A stretch of DNA of 56,792 nt, taken from positions 3,564,787-3,621,578 of the forward strand of contig NZ_CP051168.1 in assembly GCF_016446395.1 (NCBI RefSeq). The letters run 5' to 3'. The notes under the pieces were generated by a model that made no database searches, had not been told where the DNA came from, and was given only the letters and a program-made list of their open reading frames with translations. Below, piece after piece: positions 1-8,066 of this stretch (the stretch's first letter is position 1; each line of letters opens with the position of its first letter). The stretch comes from [Phormidium] sp. ETS-05. Its GTDB lineage: Bacteria; Cyanobacteriota; Cyanobacteriia; Cyanobacteriales; Laspinemataceae. A program made the position numbers and the translations under genes.

Positions 1-20
1 CACAACAACTTGCCCTTTTC

Positions 21-111
21 TGTGAAAAAACACCCGATTTGTTGTGGAAAAACACCCCCCTTGCTGTGGAAAATTCATCCCCTTAGAGCAGTTTTCCACA
101 GTTTTTCCACA
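21..111. promoter_or_regulatory. Cluster of five DnaA-box-like 9-mers, putative oriC upstream of dnaN
   Basis: TGTGAAAAA (21-29), TGTGGAAAA (44-52, 65-73), TTTTCCACA (92-100, 103-111). They match the TTTTCCACA cyanobacterial variant of the TTATCCACA DnaA box, sit in opposing orientations and lie immediately 5' of dnaN. Confidence 0.55.
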
Positions 112-248
112 GGCAGCTACCCCAGAGGAGTGCTAAAATATACCCTCCCAGATGGGCGTGTGTAGCAGCGCTCCAATCGGCAACTCCGCCTCCTGCGGAC
201 GCTGTTCGGCACTCAATCGGCCCCAACCTTCATAACCAGACACACCTG

Positions 249-1397
249 ATGAAATTTCTCTGCAACCAAAGCGACCTAAACACTCACCTCTCTTTCGTCA
301 GTCGCGCCGTTCCCTCCCGTCCTGCTCAACCAGTCCTAGGCAATATCCTGGTTAAAGCTGATAGTGACACCCAGCAGGTAGAATTAACCGCCTTTGACCT
401 CAGCCTCGGACTGCGCACAGCTTTTGCGGCGAAGGTCGAGGCTGGGGGGGAAATCACTATCCCCGCCAAGCTGCTCCACGACATCGCCGCTAGATTGCCT
501 GCTGGCGAAGTGACGATCGACAATGACGCCAGCGAGAATACCGTTAATCTCACTTCCCAGTCAGGACGGTATCAAGTGCGGGGGATGAGTGCGGAAGAAT
601 TCCCATCCATGCCAGAGATTGAAAATGACCAATTTGTGCAACTGAGTGCAGAATCACTCCTAGAAGGCTTGCGCGGTTCGGTGTTCGCCACCAGCAGCGA
701 CGAAACCAAACAAGTGCTGACCGGCGTTCACCTGATCCTGGGAGAGGATACCCTGGAATTCGCCGCCACTGACGGACACCGTTTGGCTGTGGTGGAAACC
801 GAGAATTCCAGTGAAAGCGATACTGGCGAAGAATTTGAGGTGACGATTCCTGCTAAGGCTTTGCGGGAATTAGAAAGGATGATTGGCACCAAGCAAAATA
901 CCGCCTCTGACCAACCGTTATTAGTCAATCTTCACCTGGACCAAGGACAGGTAGTTTTTGAACTGTCCGACCAACGTCTTACCAGCCGCACCATTGAGGG
1001 GCAATACCCCGCTTATCGCCAACTCCTGCCCGATCGGTTCCAAATTACGGTCACGGTTGACCGCCGCCTGCTCATCGGCGCACTCGATCGCATCGCCATT
1101 TTGGCCAGCCAAAAAAACGACATCGTGAAATTTATTATTGACAGCGAAAACCAACAATTATCTCTCACCGTAGAAGCCGCCGATGTTGGCAGCGGTAGCG
1201 AATCCATGCCCGCCCAAATTTCTGGGTCTAGCCTCGACATTGCTTTTAACGCGAAATATGCAATGGAATCCTTAAAAAACCTGCCTTCCACCGAAATTTC
1301 CATGCAGCTAAATTCGGCTAACTCCCCTGTAGTCATCGTCCCCCTCGGTGGCGTCAAAATGACCCATTTACTCATGCCCGTACAGTTACGCGGCTAA
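249..1397 (+). CDS. dnaN: DNA polymerase III beta subunit (sliding clamp)
   Basis: 382 aa with a typical DnaN length and three-domain pattern. The N-terminal MKFxCxxxxL...L.NILV signature is present. Confidence 0.93.
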   Translation: MKFLCNQSDLNTHLSFVSRAVPSRPAQPVLGNILVKADSDTQQVELTAFDLSLGLRTAFAAKVEAGGEITIPAKLLHDIAARLPAGEVTIDNDASENTVNLTSQSGRYQVRGMSAEEFPSMPEIENDQFVQLSAESLLEGLRGSVFATSSDETKQVLTGVHLILGEDTLEFAATDGHRLAVVETENSSESDTGEEFEVTIPAKALRELERMIGTKQNTASDQPLLVNLHLDQGQVVFELSDQRLTSRTIEGQYPAYRQLLPDRFQITVTVDRRLLIGALDRIAILASQKNDIVKFIIDSENQQLSLTVEAADVGSGSESMPAQISGSSLDIAFNAKYAMESLKNLPSTEISMQLNSANSPVVIVPLGGVKMTHLLMPVQLRG

Positions 1398-1398
1398 T

Positions 1399-1440
1399 GC
1401 TTTAGTCATTTGTCATTTGTCCTTTGTCCCCCAGGGGTTT
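1399..1440. repeat. Short STRR-like heptamer tract (TTTGTCA / TTTGTCC)
   Basis: tagtcatttgtcatttgtcctttgtccccc lies directly after the dnaN stop. Confidence 0.7.
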
Positions 1441-2129
1441 CTACGCAATATCTCGGATCTCAACAGAGATTCTCCGCAGAAACCCGGTTTCTTATCCAAG
1501 GAACAAGGGACAAATGATTAATTTTTATAAAAGCCAAGAAAATATTTGTTTATCCAGAAAAATTCGGATGTCGATTGCATAAGGCTTTGGATAATGGGAT
1601 AATTTTAGTAGGTTAATTAAAAATTTCAATATTTGAATAATAAGTGCCATTGTTTGGAATATTTGATATGATTTATGGGCTAATAATCCTGATTTGATGA
1701 TGGCGGATAGTGTAAATTCCTGAAACTGGGAGCCAACGGGAAAAAGGGGGAAAGCAGAATTCCCCTATAATTTAACCTATGGAGGAGGAAAGACTGTCAG
1801 AAGAGATGGAAAACTTGGCGTAGTGGCAACGAAACCACCAGGAGTAAATAAATTCACATAATTAAACAGGATGTCCGTTGGGTTCTGTAGGGTGGGCAGT
1901 AGGGGCTTTTGGCCATTCGCCCCTACATAACACTGGTTATAAAAATCATTCTCCGTCAGGCGCTGCCCACCCAAGTGAGGCTCAATATTAACGTTTTTGA
2001 AGGTTGATCTACTTATGAGGCAAGCCAGAAACCACCGCTGTAGATGAAATTAGAAAGCAGATCGACCAAAACCAGGGCAATTTAGAGGAAAATAGAGAGT
2101 AGCATCAGGCTAAACATAGGAGATAATCT

Positions 2130-2501
2130 ATGGCAGAGCAATTCCAGCCCCTTAGTGGCGGCGAAGTGGTTTTCCTGAAACAGGCTGCGGATACAATGCC
2201 GATCGCCCACAGTACCTTCAAAGTGAGCGAACTCACCGCCGTCCTCAAACAAAAGTTCCTCGGTGATGCGATCGACACCGAAGCCGCCATTAACAAGCTG
2301 TTTAGCTCCGGCGTCGAGTGCGAAATCCTCGCACCCTACAAAAACTGGCAAACGGGCAAAATCAGAATCACCCTAGAATTTTGCCCCGACACCCCACCGC
2401 TGCCAGAGACACTCCCAACCCCATCCTATCCCCAACCATCGGGCGTCAACCCGGACCTATCCCTAGAGGAAATCCGGCGGATGCGTGCGGAAAACCCTTA
2501 A
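2130..2501 (+). CDS. Hypothetical protein (123 aa)
   Basis: Clean ORF with a Pro-rich C-terminus and no recognisable motif. Sits between dnaN and a large repeat block. Confidence 0.45.
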   Translation: MAEQFQPLSGGEVVFLKQAADTMPIAHSTFKVSELTAVLKQKFLGDAIDTEAAINKLFSSGVECEILAPYKNWQTGKIRITLEFCPDTPPLPETLPTPSYPQPSGVNPDLSLEEIRRMRAENP

Positions 2502-2508
2502 ACTTCAC

Positions 2509-2815
2509 TGGTTCAATGTCCTTTGTCCTTTGTCCAAGAGTCCTTTGTCCTTTGTCCAAGAGTCCTTTGTCCTTTGTCCTTTGTCCCCTATGCGCTTCGC
2601 GCAGGCTTCGCCAACGGCAAGCTCAGGGCAGGCTTTGTCCTTTGTCCAAGAGTCCTTTGTCCTTTGTCCAAGAGTCCTTTGTCCTTTGTCCAAGAGTCCT
2701 TTGTCCTTTGTCCAAGAGTCCTTTGTCCTTTGTCCTTTGTCCTTTGTCCTTTGTTCTTTGTCAATTATCAATTGACAATTGTCAATTATCAATTATCAAT
2801 TGACAATTGTCAATG
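2509..2815. repeat. Large heptamer tandem-repeat block with a 22-bp higher-order unit, plus a CAATTGT-family tract
   Basis: The unit tcctttgtcctttgtccaagag recurs about 7 times. It is interrupted at 2585-2635 by a GC-rich insert carrying gctcagggcaggc, and followed by caattatcaattgacaattgtcaa repeats (2761-2815). All six-frame ORFs across this block are repeat translations. Confidence 0.85.
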
Positions 2816-2839
2816 GTATCTTTTTGTGTAAACCCCAGA

Positions 2840-3499
2840 ATGCTTTCCCCGATGAACGAACCTCAACTCGCTGCCGAAACCCCGATTTTGCTTAGCGAAA
2901 CCCTGGTGAAACTGCCAGAACACAAGTTTTACCGCCAAACCTTTATCTTTGACGAGCTACTCGCCATCATGCTCTGGGCTGTGACCCGGATATCCTATGA
3001 TGTCAACTGTTTGGTGGATGGCACTAAAGCTAAAGCAATTCAGCCCGCCGGGGGATGGGAGCGGGGGACGATTCGCCTTCTCGCCATTGTCAGCCTCAAA
3101 GCATCACACTCTTTGGGCGACAGCGAGACCCAGTATATAGAAATCGACTGCAAAACCAAACAGCCCCCCAACTGGTTGCTCCCAGAGACGGCAGTGATTC
3201 AATCAGACACCAACCTAGTTTGCCGCGAACCCCGCCAAGTGGGAGCGATTTTGCGGGAACTCAAGCAGGAATTGCAAGCCGCCTGTGTGGAAACTACCGA
3301 TTTTTTGGTGCCCACGCGGTTGGGTTTTCCTTCGGTGGAGCTGCTAGAACCCGGTAGAGAATGGCGTCATGCTCAAATGCGTTTGGGCTTAGAAATCAGC
3401 TTTATCTCCGATAACCCCAGAGATGGCAAAACCCCCGGTCGCACTTCTACCGCCTTGCCTCAGCCGATTTTGCCCTTGGGAGAAAACCTGATGCGCTAA
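2840..3499 (+). CDS. Hypothetical protein (about 220 aa)
   Basis: Long ORF. An ATG at 2840 lies just outside the repeat block, whereas the track start at 2807 lies inside the repeats. No recognisable domain. Confidence 0.45.
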   Translation: MLSPMNEPQLAAETPILLSETLVKLPEHKFYRQTFIFDELLAIMLWAVTRISYDVNCLVDGTKAKAIQPAGGWERGTIRLLAIVSLKASHSLGDSETQYIEIDCKTKQPPNWLLPETAVIQSDTNLVCREPRQVGAILRELKQELQAACVETTDFLVPTRLGFPSVELLEPGREWRHAQMRLGLEISFISDNPRDGKTPGRTSTALPQPILPLGENLMR

Positions 3500-3620
3500 C
3501 CAAAAAGTTCTTAGTGGTCCGTGCCCACTGAGATGGGCAAATTTGCTCTATCCCTTTGAACCTTTCTGATCACCCCCTGGTCTAAACCCGATAGATACCG
3601 ATCGTCGGTGAGGGAAACAG

Positions 3621-4205
3621 GTGTTAACACTGCCGGACCTTGCATCCATTCCCCAGCCTTCGGACGCTAATTTGGTCCGAGAGTGCTTGCTCGGCAACAG
3701 CGACAAGTTTCGCCAGCTCTACCACCGGTATGAGCATAAAGTCAGGTCTAGTCTTTACCAGTTGTGCGGTGCAACCGTCCTGGATGATTTGGTGCAAGAG
3801 GTGTTTATCCGAGCGTGGAAAGGGTTGCCCAAACTGAAGCAACCAGAGCTATTTTCCACGTGGCTCTACCGCATCGCCTGGAATGTGGCGACTAACCAAA
3901 GGCAGGCTTTTGCCCGGGAGCGCAGTCTTCAGGAGCAAAGTCAGGCCCATTCATCCTTCACCGCCTCGGGGACTAACTCAGAGCAGGCTCTCCAAGAGCT
4001 GCACTATCAAGACATGGTAAAGCGGGGACTAGCTCGGCTCAGTCTAGAACACCGCAGCGTGTTGGTACTCCATGACTTGCAGGATATGCCGCAAAAGGAA
4101 GTGGCAGCAATTTTAGGCATACCGGAAGGTACGGTAAAATCACGCCTGTTCCATGCCCGTAAGGCAATGCGGCAATTTTTGCAAGAGGAGGGAGTTGAGC
4201 TATGA
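3621..4205 (+). CDS. ECF-family RNA polymerase sigma-70 factor
   Basis: Region-2 motifs (LVQEVFIRAWKGL, STWLYRIAWNVA) and a region-4 HTH (LHDLQDMPQKEVAAILGIPEGTVKSRL). GTG start. The stop overlaps the next gene (ATGA). Confidence 0.85.
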   Translation: MLTLPDLASIPQPSDANLVRECLLGNSDKFRQLYHRYEHKVRSSLYQLCGATVLDDLVQEVFIRAWKGLPKLKQPELFSTWLYRIAWNVATNQRQAFARERSLQEQSQAHSSFTASGTNSEQALQELHYQDMVKRGLARLSLEHRSVLVLHDLQDMPQKEVAAILGIPEGTVKSRLFHARKAMRQFLQEEGVEL

Positions 4206-4555
4206 ATCAGCAGGTGCCAAAAGATGATGAACGCTTGGTGGCTTTTCTGCGCCACCACCGTCCCGAAACACCACCAGCATCGCCGGATGTGGAGGAAAGG
4301 ATATTTGCCGCTGTGGCGGCACAACCCCTCACATCCCGCCGCCGTCGGTTGTGGTTGCTGGCTTCCGCTGCGGCGGCTGGTTTGCTCTTGGCGGTGGGTG
4401 GATATACTTGGGGGCAGAAGTTTGCCGATCGCCCCCCTGCGACGCCACCAACCGATGCGGAATTAGCCAGACTAGAAGCGTTTTTGGAAAGTTCTTGGGA
4501 TGGGTTGCTTTACCCAGAAGAAAACTCAGATGCGACTTTTCCCCCTGGGTCTTGA
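4202..4555 (+). CDS. Putative anti-sigma factor (single transmembrane helix)
   Basis: Translationally coupled to the ECF sigma gene. 117 aa with a cytoplasmic N-terminus, an RRRRLWLLASAAAAGLLLAVGGY transmembrane helix and a short periplasmic tail. Confidence 0.6.
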   Translation: MNQQVPKDDERLVAFLRHHRPETPPASPDVEERIFAAVAAQPLTSRRRRLWLLASAAAAGLLLAVGGYTWGQKFADRPPATPPTDAELARLEAFLESSWDGLLYPEENSDATFPPGS

Positions 4556-4600
4556 TTTCTGAGTGCCCATCATATTGTCCTAGACAAGGAAATTAGTTTT

Positions 4601-5167
4601 ATGTTGATGCGTCGTCTTAGTGCTTTGGCTATTTTGCTTGTGGCTTTTAGCGGTACGGCTGTCTCTGCTGCTCCTGCGCATCGCCCACAAAATGAGCAAA
4701 CTGTAGCTCAGCGTCAGCAACGCCCCGGAAACCAGGGTGGGGGTCAAGGAAACCGGGGTAATGGCTCTGGAATGGGGCGCGGACAAGGAGGCGGAATGGG
4801 GGGCGATCGGCTCCTGCAACAGCTCAACCTCAGCCAAGAGCAAATGCAGCAAATCGAAAACATTCGCACCCAGTACCAAAGCCAGTTTCAGGCGCAAATG
4901 GAACAAATGCGAACCGAGCGAGAGCGGATGCAAAACCTCCTCGCCTCCGACGCCTCCGAGGGCGACTTGCGCAACCAGCATAACAAAATGACCCAATTGC
5001 ACCAAAAAATGGGTGAAATGCGGTTCAATCAAATGATGGAAATTCGCCGCGTCCTCACCTCAGAACAACGCCGCCAGATGGCGCAACTCATGCAGCAGCG
5101 CGGACCTGGTGGCGGACGCGGAAACCAGGGAGATATGGGCGGACCATCCCCGGAAGGCGATTTCTAA
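4601..5167 (+). CDS. Secreted Spy/CpxP-like (LTxxQ-type) periplasmic protein with Gly/Gln-rich low-complexity segments
   Basis: Signal peptide (MLMRRLSALAILLVAFSGTAVSA). Repeated LxxxQxxQ helices (LNLSQEQMQQIENIR, LTSEQRRQMAQLMQQR) typical of the Spy/CpxP/ZraP family. Lies directly downstream of the sigma/anti-sigma pair. Confidence 0.6.
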   Translation: MLMRRLSALAILLVAFSGTAVSAAPAHRPQNEQTVAQRQQRPGNQGGGQGNRGNGSGMGRGQGGGMGGDRLLQQLNLSQEQMQQIENIRTQYQSQFQAQMEQMRTERERMQNLLASDASEGDLRNQHNKMTQLHQKMGEMRFNQMMEIRRVLTSEQRRQMAQLMQQRGPGGGRGNQGDMGGPSPEGDF

Positions 5168-5195
5168 CCCTCTCATCCGGGAGCGGGGGGGCTGT

Positions 5196-5228
5196 AGGGG
5201 CAATCCCCCCGTGGTTGCCCCCTCACCC
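5196..5228. repeat. Small palindromic element GTAGGGGCAAwCCCCCGTGGTTGCCCCCTA
   Basis: Stem AGGGGCAA/TTGCCCCT around a C-rich loop. A near-identical copy sits at 19577-19608 inside the coding sequence of the 861-aa membrane protein. Confidence 0.55.
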
Positions 5229-5244
5229 TAAAGGGGACCGGGTA

Positions 5245-5285
5245 TAATTGACAATTGATAATTGATAATTGATAATTGATGATTG
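5245..5285. repeat. ATTGATA/ATTGACA heptamer tract
   Basis: gacaattgataattgataattgataattgatgattg. Confidence 0.8.
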
Positions 5286-5465
5286 CCTAAAAAAGCATTT
5301 AAATGGCCAGTTGTTAGCTGTTGTTGGCTGGTTTTGAACTGACTTAGCTTTTTAGGCAAAGATTACTCTGACTCAATTGTAGTATCCTAATTGTTCCCCC
5401 CGCGTCCAAAAGACGAGGAAAAGACAATGCAATCTAGATGTTTAAAATTTAGGAGATTAGAGAGT

Positions 5466-5530
5466 AAGTATCAATTATCAATTATCAATTATCAATTATC
5501 AATTATCAATTGTCAATTATCAATTGTCAA
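5466..5530. repeat. CAATTAT/CAATTGT heptamer tract (9 units)
   Basis: caattatcaattatcaattatcaattatcaattatcaattgtcaattatcaattgtcaa. Confidence 0.85.
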
Positions 5531-6261
5531 CGCCAATCTTCCCAAGAATTATTGAAAATAGAAGTATTGGGGAAAGCCGTGGGATTGCCATTGGCTTCTA
5601 GGCGTTGCTGGAACAGGGCTAATTCTGGCTCTGGGCGGGTGAGGTCATCCACCATTTGGTAAGGCATGATGCCTTTTTCCAGGGCAAAAGCCGCCGCCGT
5701 CCCCGCTGCCGCACCGGCGGACCATTCAAATGAATGGACGCGGTAAGCCGCCGCTGCCACGTGACTGGTGGCAATGCTCTTGCCAGCTACGAGCATATTA
5801 TCGATTTTTTGGGGAATCATCGCCCGCATCGGAATTTGGAAGGGGTAGGCGGTGCCTTGACCCCGGCGGTCCCCATCTCGCTCGCTGTTACCAGGGGCTT
5901 CTGGAGGGCTGAGAGTCATGCAGGGGTGAAAGTCGATCGCGTAGTGACCGATCCCCACAGAATCTGGGAAAACCGTTCCCCGTCCCCGCTTCTCGATATC
6001 TTCTACCTGGGGTTGGGTGCGCACCACCTCCGTAGTTTCTAAACCAGCCAGAGCCTGCCACAGGCGGCGATAATCTTCTGGTAACAAGCTGAGGCGGTAA
6101 AATTCATCCCGGTAGTCCCGGCGAGAGATATCCACTTCCCACACTGTGAAACCGTCGGGATGCGCCCAACTAGGACGACCAATAATCCGCCGTCCCTCCC
6201 GCATATAGGGGTATTTGGACAAACCGTGAACTGTTCCCATTGGTGAATCTAAACCGGTCAT
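5527..6261 (-). CDS. FAD-dependent oxidoreductase, C-terminal part (possibly one gene with the preceding ORF)
   Basis: 244 aa continuing the same family. Contains a VAGKSIATSHVAAAAYRVHS-like C-terminal FAD-binding segment. Reading frame differs from the upstream ORF, with a 4-nt overlap. Confidence 0.6.
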   Translation of the reverse strand: MTGLDSPMGTVHGLSKYPYMREGRRIIGRPSWAHPDGFTVWEVDISRRDYRDEFYRLSLLPEDYRRLWQALAGLETTEVVRTQPQVEDIEKRGRGTVFPDSVGIGHYAIDFHPCMTLSPPEAPGNSERDGDRRGQGTAYPFQIPMRAMIPQKIDNMLVAGKSIATSHVAAAAYRVHSFEWSAGAAAGTAAAFALEKGIMPYQMVDDLTRPEPELALFQQRLEANGNPTAFPNTSIFNNSWEDWR

Positions 6262-7595
6262 AAACCGGTGATTTGGGTAGGTTTTTTCACCCCATCCCCT
6301 AACTGGGAGTCAGTAGTACCGGCGACTAACCAGTAAAAATAGCCTTTGGCGTGGTCTTCGCCAGCACGGAGGGTTTCGGCCCGCAGTCCCCCCATCCAGC
6401 CCCCCGGTTCTAACTGACCCATTTCTTGCAGTTGCTCTCGGGTGTAAATCAGGTTATCGGCGGCGGTTCCCGGTCGGTAGTCATTACCCCAAGTCCAGTT
6501 TTGCATGGAAATGTCACCAGGGTTAATTGGCCACTGGCGGACATTGCTGGGGAGATTTTCTGTATGTGTGGCGCTCCAAATCCGGCGGTAGGTGTAAACT
6601 AGGTTAAAGTCTGCTAGGCGTTCTAGCTCATAGCTATAGTAGGGTGCATAGCGCTCGTAGTATGGTGGCAGGTCGTGGGTTTGGGGCTCGGCGGTCGCCT
6701 GCATAGCAAAGGTGTAGGTGAAGCCTTGGGTGCAGTAGGGGTCGCCGGTTTCGCTGGCTGAGGATGGTTCTAAGTGCGATCGGGCATCGATACCCAGACG
6801 GTAGGGTACATCTGCTAAACCAATAATTTCCCCGGTTTCCGTAGCATCTACTACATACCATTCCGCCGGACGCGGTGGCAGTTGTTGCCCCCGTTTTGGC
6901 ACTGGCGGCGGCGATGGAATGAAGCGGATAATGGTTTTGTCCAACTGGGGCGAGTTTTCATAACGGTAGGCTTCTAGGATAGTTTGGGAGAGGGGGAAAG
7001 TGTTCAGCGACGGCGCCCCAGGAGCCGGTTGATGCTGAATGGCTATAGCACTTTTGATTTGCCCAGAGGCGATATCCACATCCTTGATGACTGTGTTGGG
7101 ATACCATTTGAGTGTGCCTTTGCCCTTTTTGGCGGCTGATTGCAAAATTTCAAATAGCAGCTTATGGCCGTCGTAAGGCAAAAAGCATGACTCGCTGACC
7201 CAACATTGACCGGGGTTGAGTCTGCCATAATACTTTTGAATCCGATCGCGGAATTCCAGATAACCCCGGGGGAAAAAGCGCAACTGTCGCTGCGTCGGGC
7301 GTTCGTCCAATGCAGAAGTGCCTTGGGCCGATATCTGACCCCCCACCCAGTCTGTAATTTCCGTCAAACAGACTGTGCGACCGGCGTGCAAAGCTTCATA
7401 AGCCGCAGCAGCGCCAGATAGTCCTCCTCCCACCACCAACAGGTCACAAGTCACCTCCCGATCGGGATTTCTCGGCGGTGCTGACAAAGCTGGCTGCCCT
7501 ACAGCCATAGCAATCAAACTGCAACTTATGCTCAGCAGGCGCCGATACATCCGGCGGTTTAACTGTGGTTTTTGGTGGACAAAAAATTGCTGCAT
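6258..7595 (-). CDS. FAD-dependent oxidoreductase, N-terminal part (secreted; GGGxxG FAD-binding fold)
   Basis: Signal peptide, then DLLVVGGGLSGAAAAYEA (Rossmann dinucleotide-binding motif). The stop overlaps the next ORF start as ATGA. Confidence 0.7.
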   Translation of the reverse strand: MQQFFVHQKPQLNRRMYRRLLSISCSLIAMAVGQPALSAPPRNPDREVTCDLLVVGGGLSGAAAAYEALHAGRTVCLTEITDWVGGQISAQGTSALDERPTQRQLRFFPRGYLEFRDRIQKYYGRLNPGQCWVSESCFLPYDGHKLLFEILQSAAKKGKGTLKWYPNTVIKDVDIASGQIKSAIAIQHQPAPGAPSLNTFPLSQTILEAYRYENSPQLDKTIIRFIPSPPPVPKRGQQLPPRPAEWYVVDATETGEIIGLADVPYRLGIDARSHLEPSSASETGDPYCTQGFTYTFAMQATAEPQTHDLPPYYERYAPYYSYELERLADFNLVYTYRRIWSATHTENLPSNVRQWPINPGDISMQNWTWGNDYRPGTAADNLIYTREQLQEMGQLEPGGWMGGLRAETLRAGEDHAKGYFYWLVAGTTDSQLGDGVKKPTQITGL

Positions 7596-8066
7596 AGTAG
7601 ATGTATTTGCTTTTAACTTCCAATAACAAATGCCAAATCGCCCAAATATTTATTTTCCTCTATTCGGGCGCTTCGCCAAAACAACTGGAACTTTTTGGCA
7701 TAATGCCAAGAACCAATTAGTCCCACGCCCAAACCCTCCGCTTCGGCTCCCTAGCTTATAACAGAAAATGTCCCGCAAATGTTCCTTTTCTCTATAATTT
7801 CCCTGAATTAGCTGCCTCCCTAGCTCTGACTCCGCTACCATAGGGTAAACCATGAGCTGCCAATTTTATCAAATTTATGTATAAGATTAATTTGATGCTT
7901 GATATAATTTCAAACCAAGATTATGCTGATTCTCTTCAGCCATTAGTGAATCGTGCCGAATCCCTTGCCAGGTCAGTCAGCATCCCATGACTGAACCAGA
8001 GCCTCTATATCCTACAGAGGCCATCAGGCATTCCTGTAAGTCATCAGATGAAAAACCCTGTTATCA

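Noticed and set aside
1777-1974. 65-aa minus-strand ORF in the dnaN-downstream intergenic region
   Set aside because: No SD or motif support. It overlaps a degenerate palindromic element.
2318-2831. Four overlapping ORFs (161, 96, 102 and 95 aa, both strands) with repetitive SFVLCPLS / KDKGQRTKD peptides
   Set aside because: They are frame translations of the TCCTTTGTCC / GGACAAAGGA tandem repeats. No independent coding signal.
4580-5032. 150-aa minus-strand ORF
   Set aside because: Antisense to the Spy-like gene. Low-complexity translation of its Gly/Gln-rich region.
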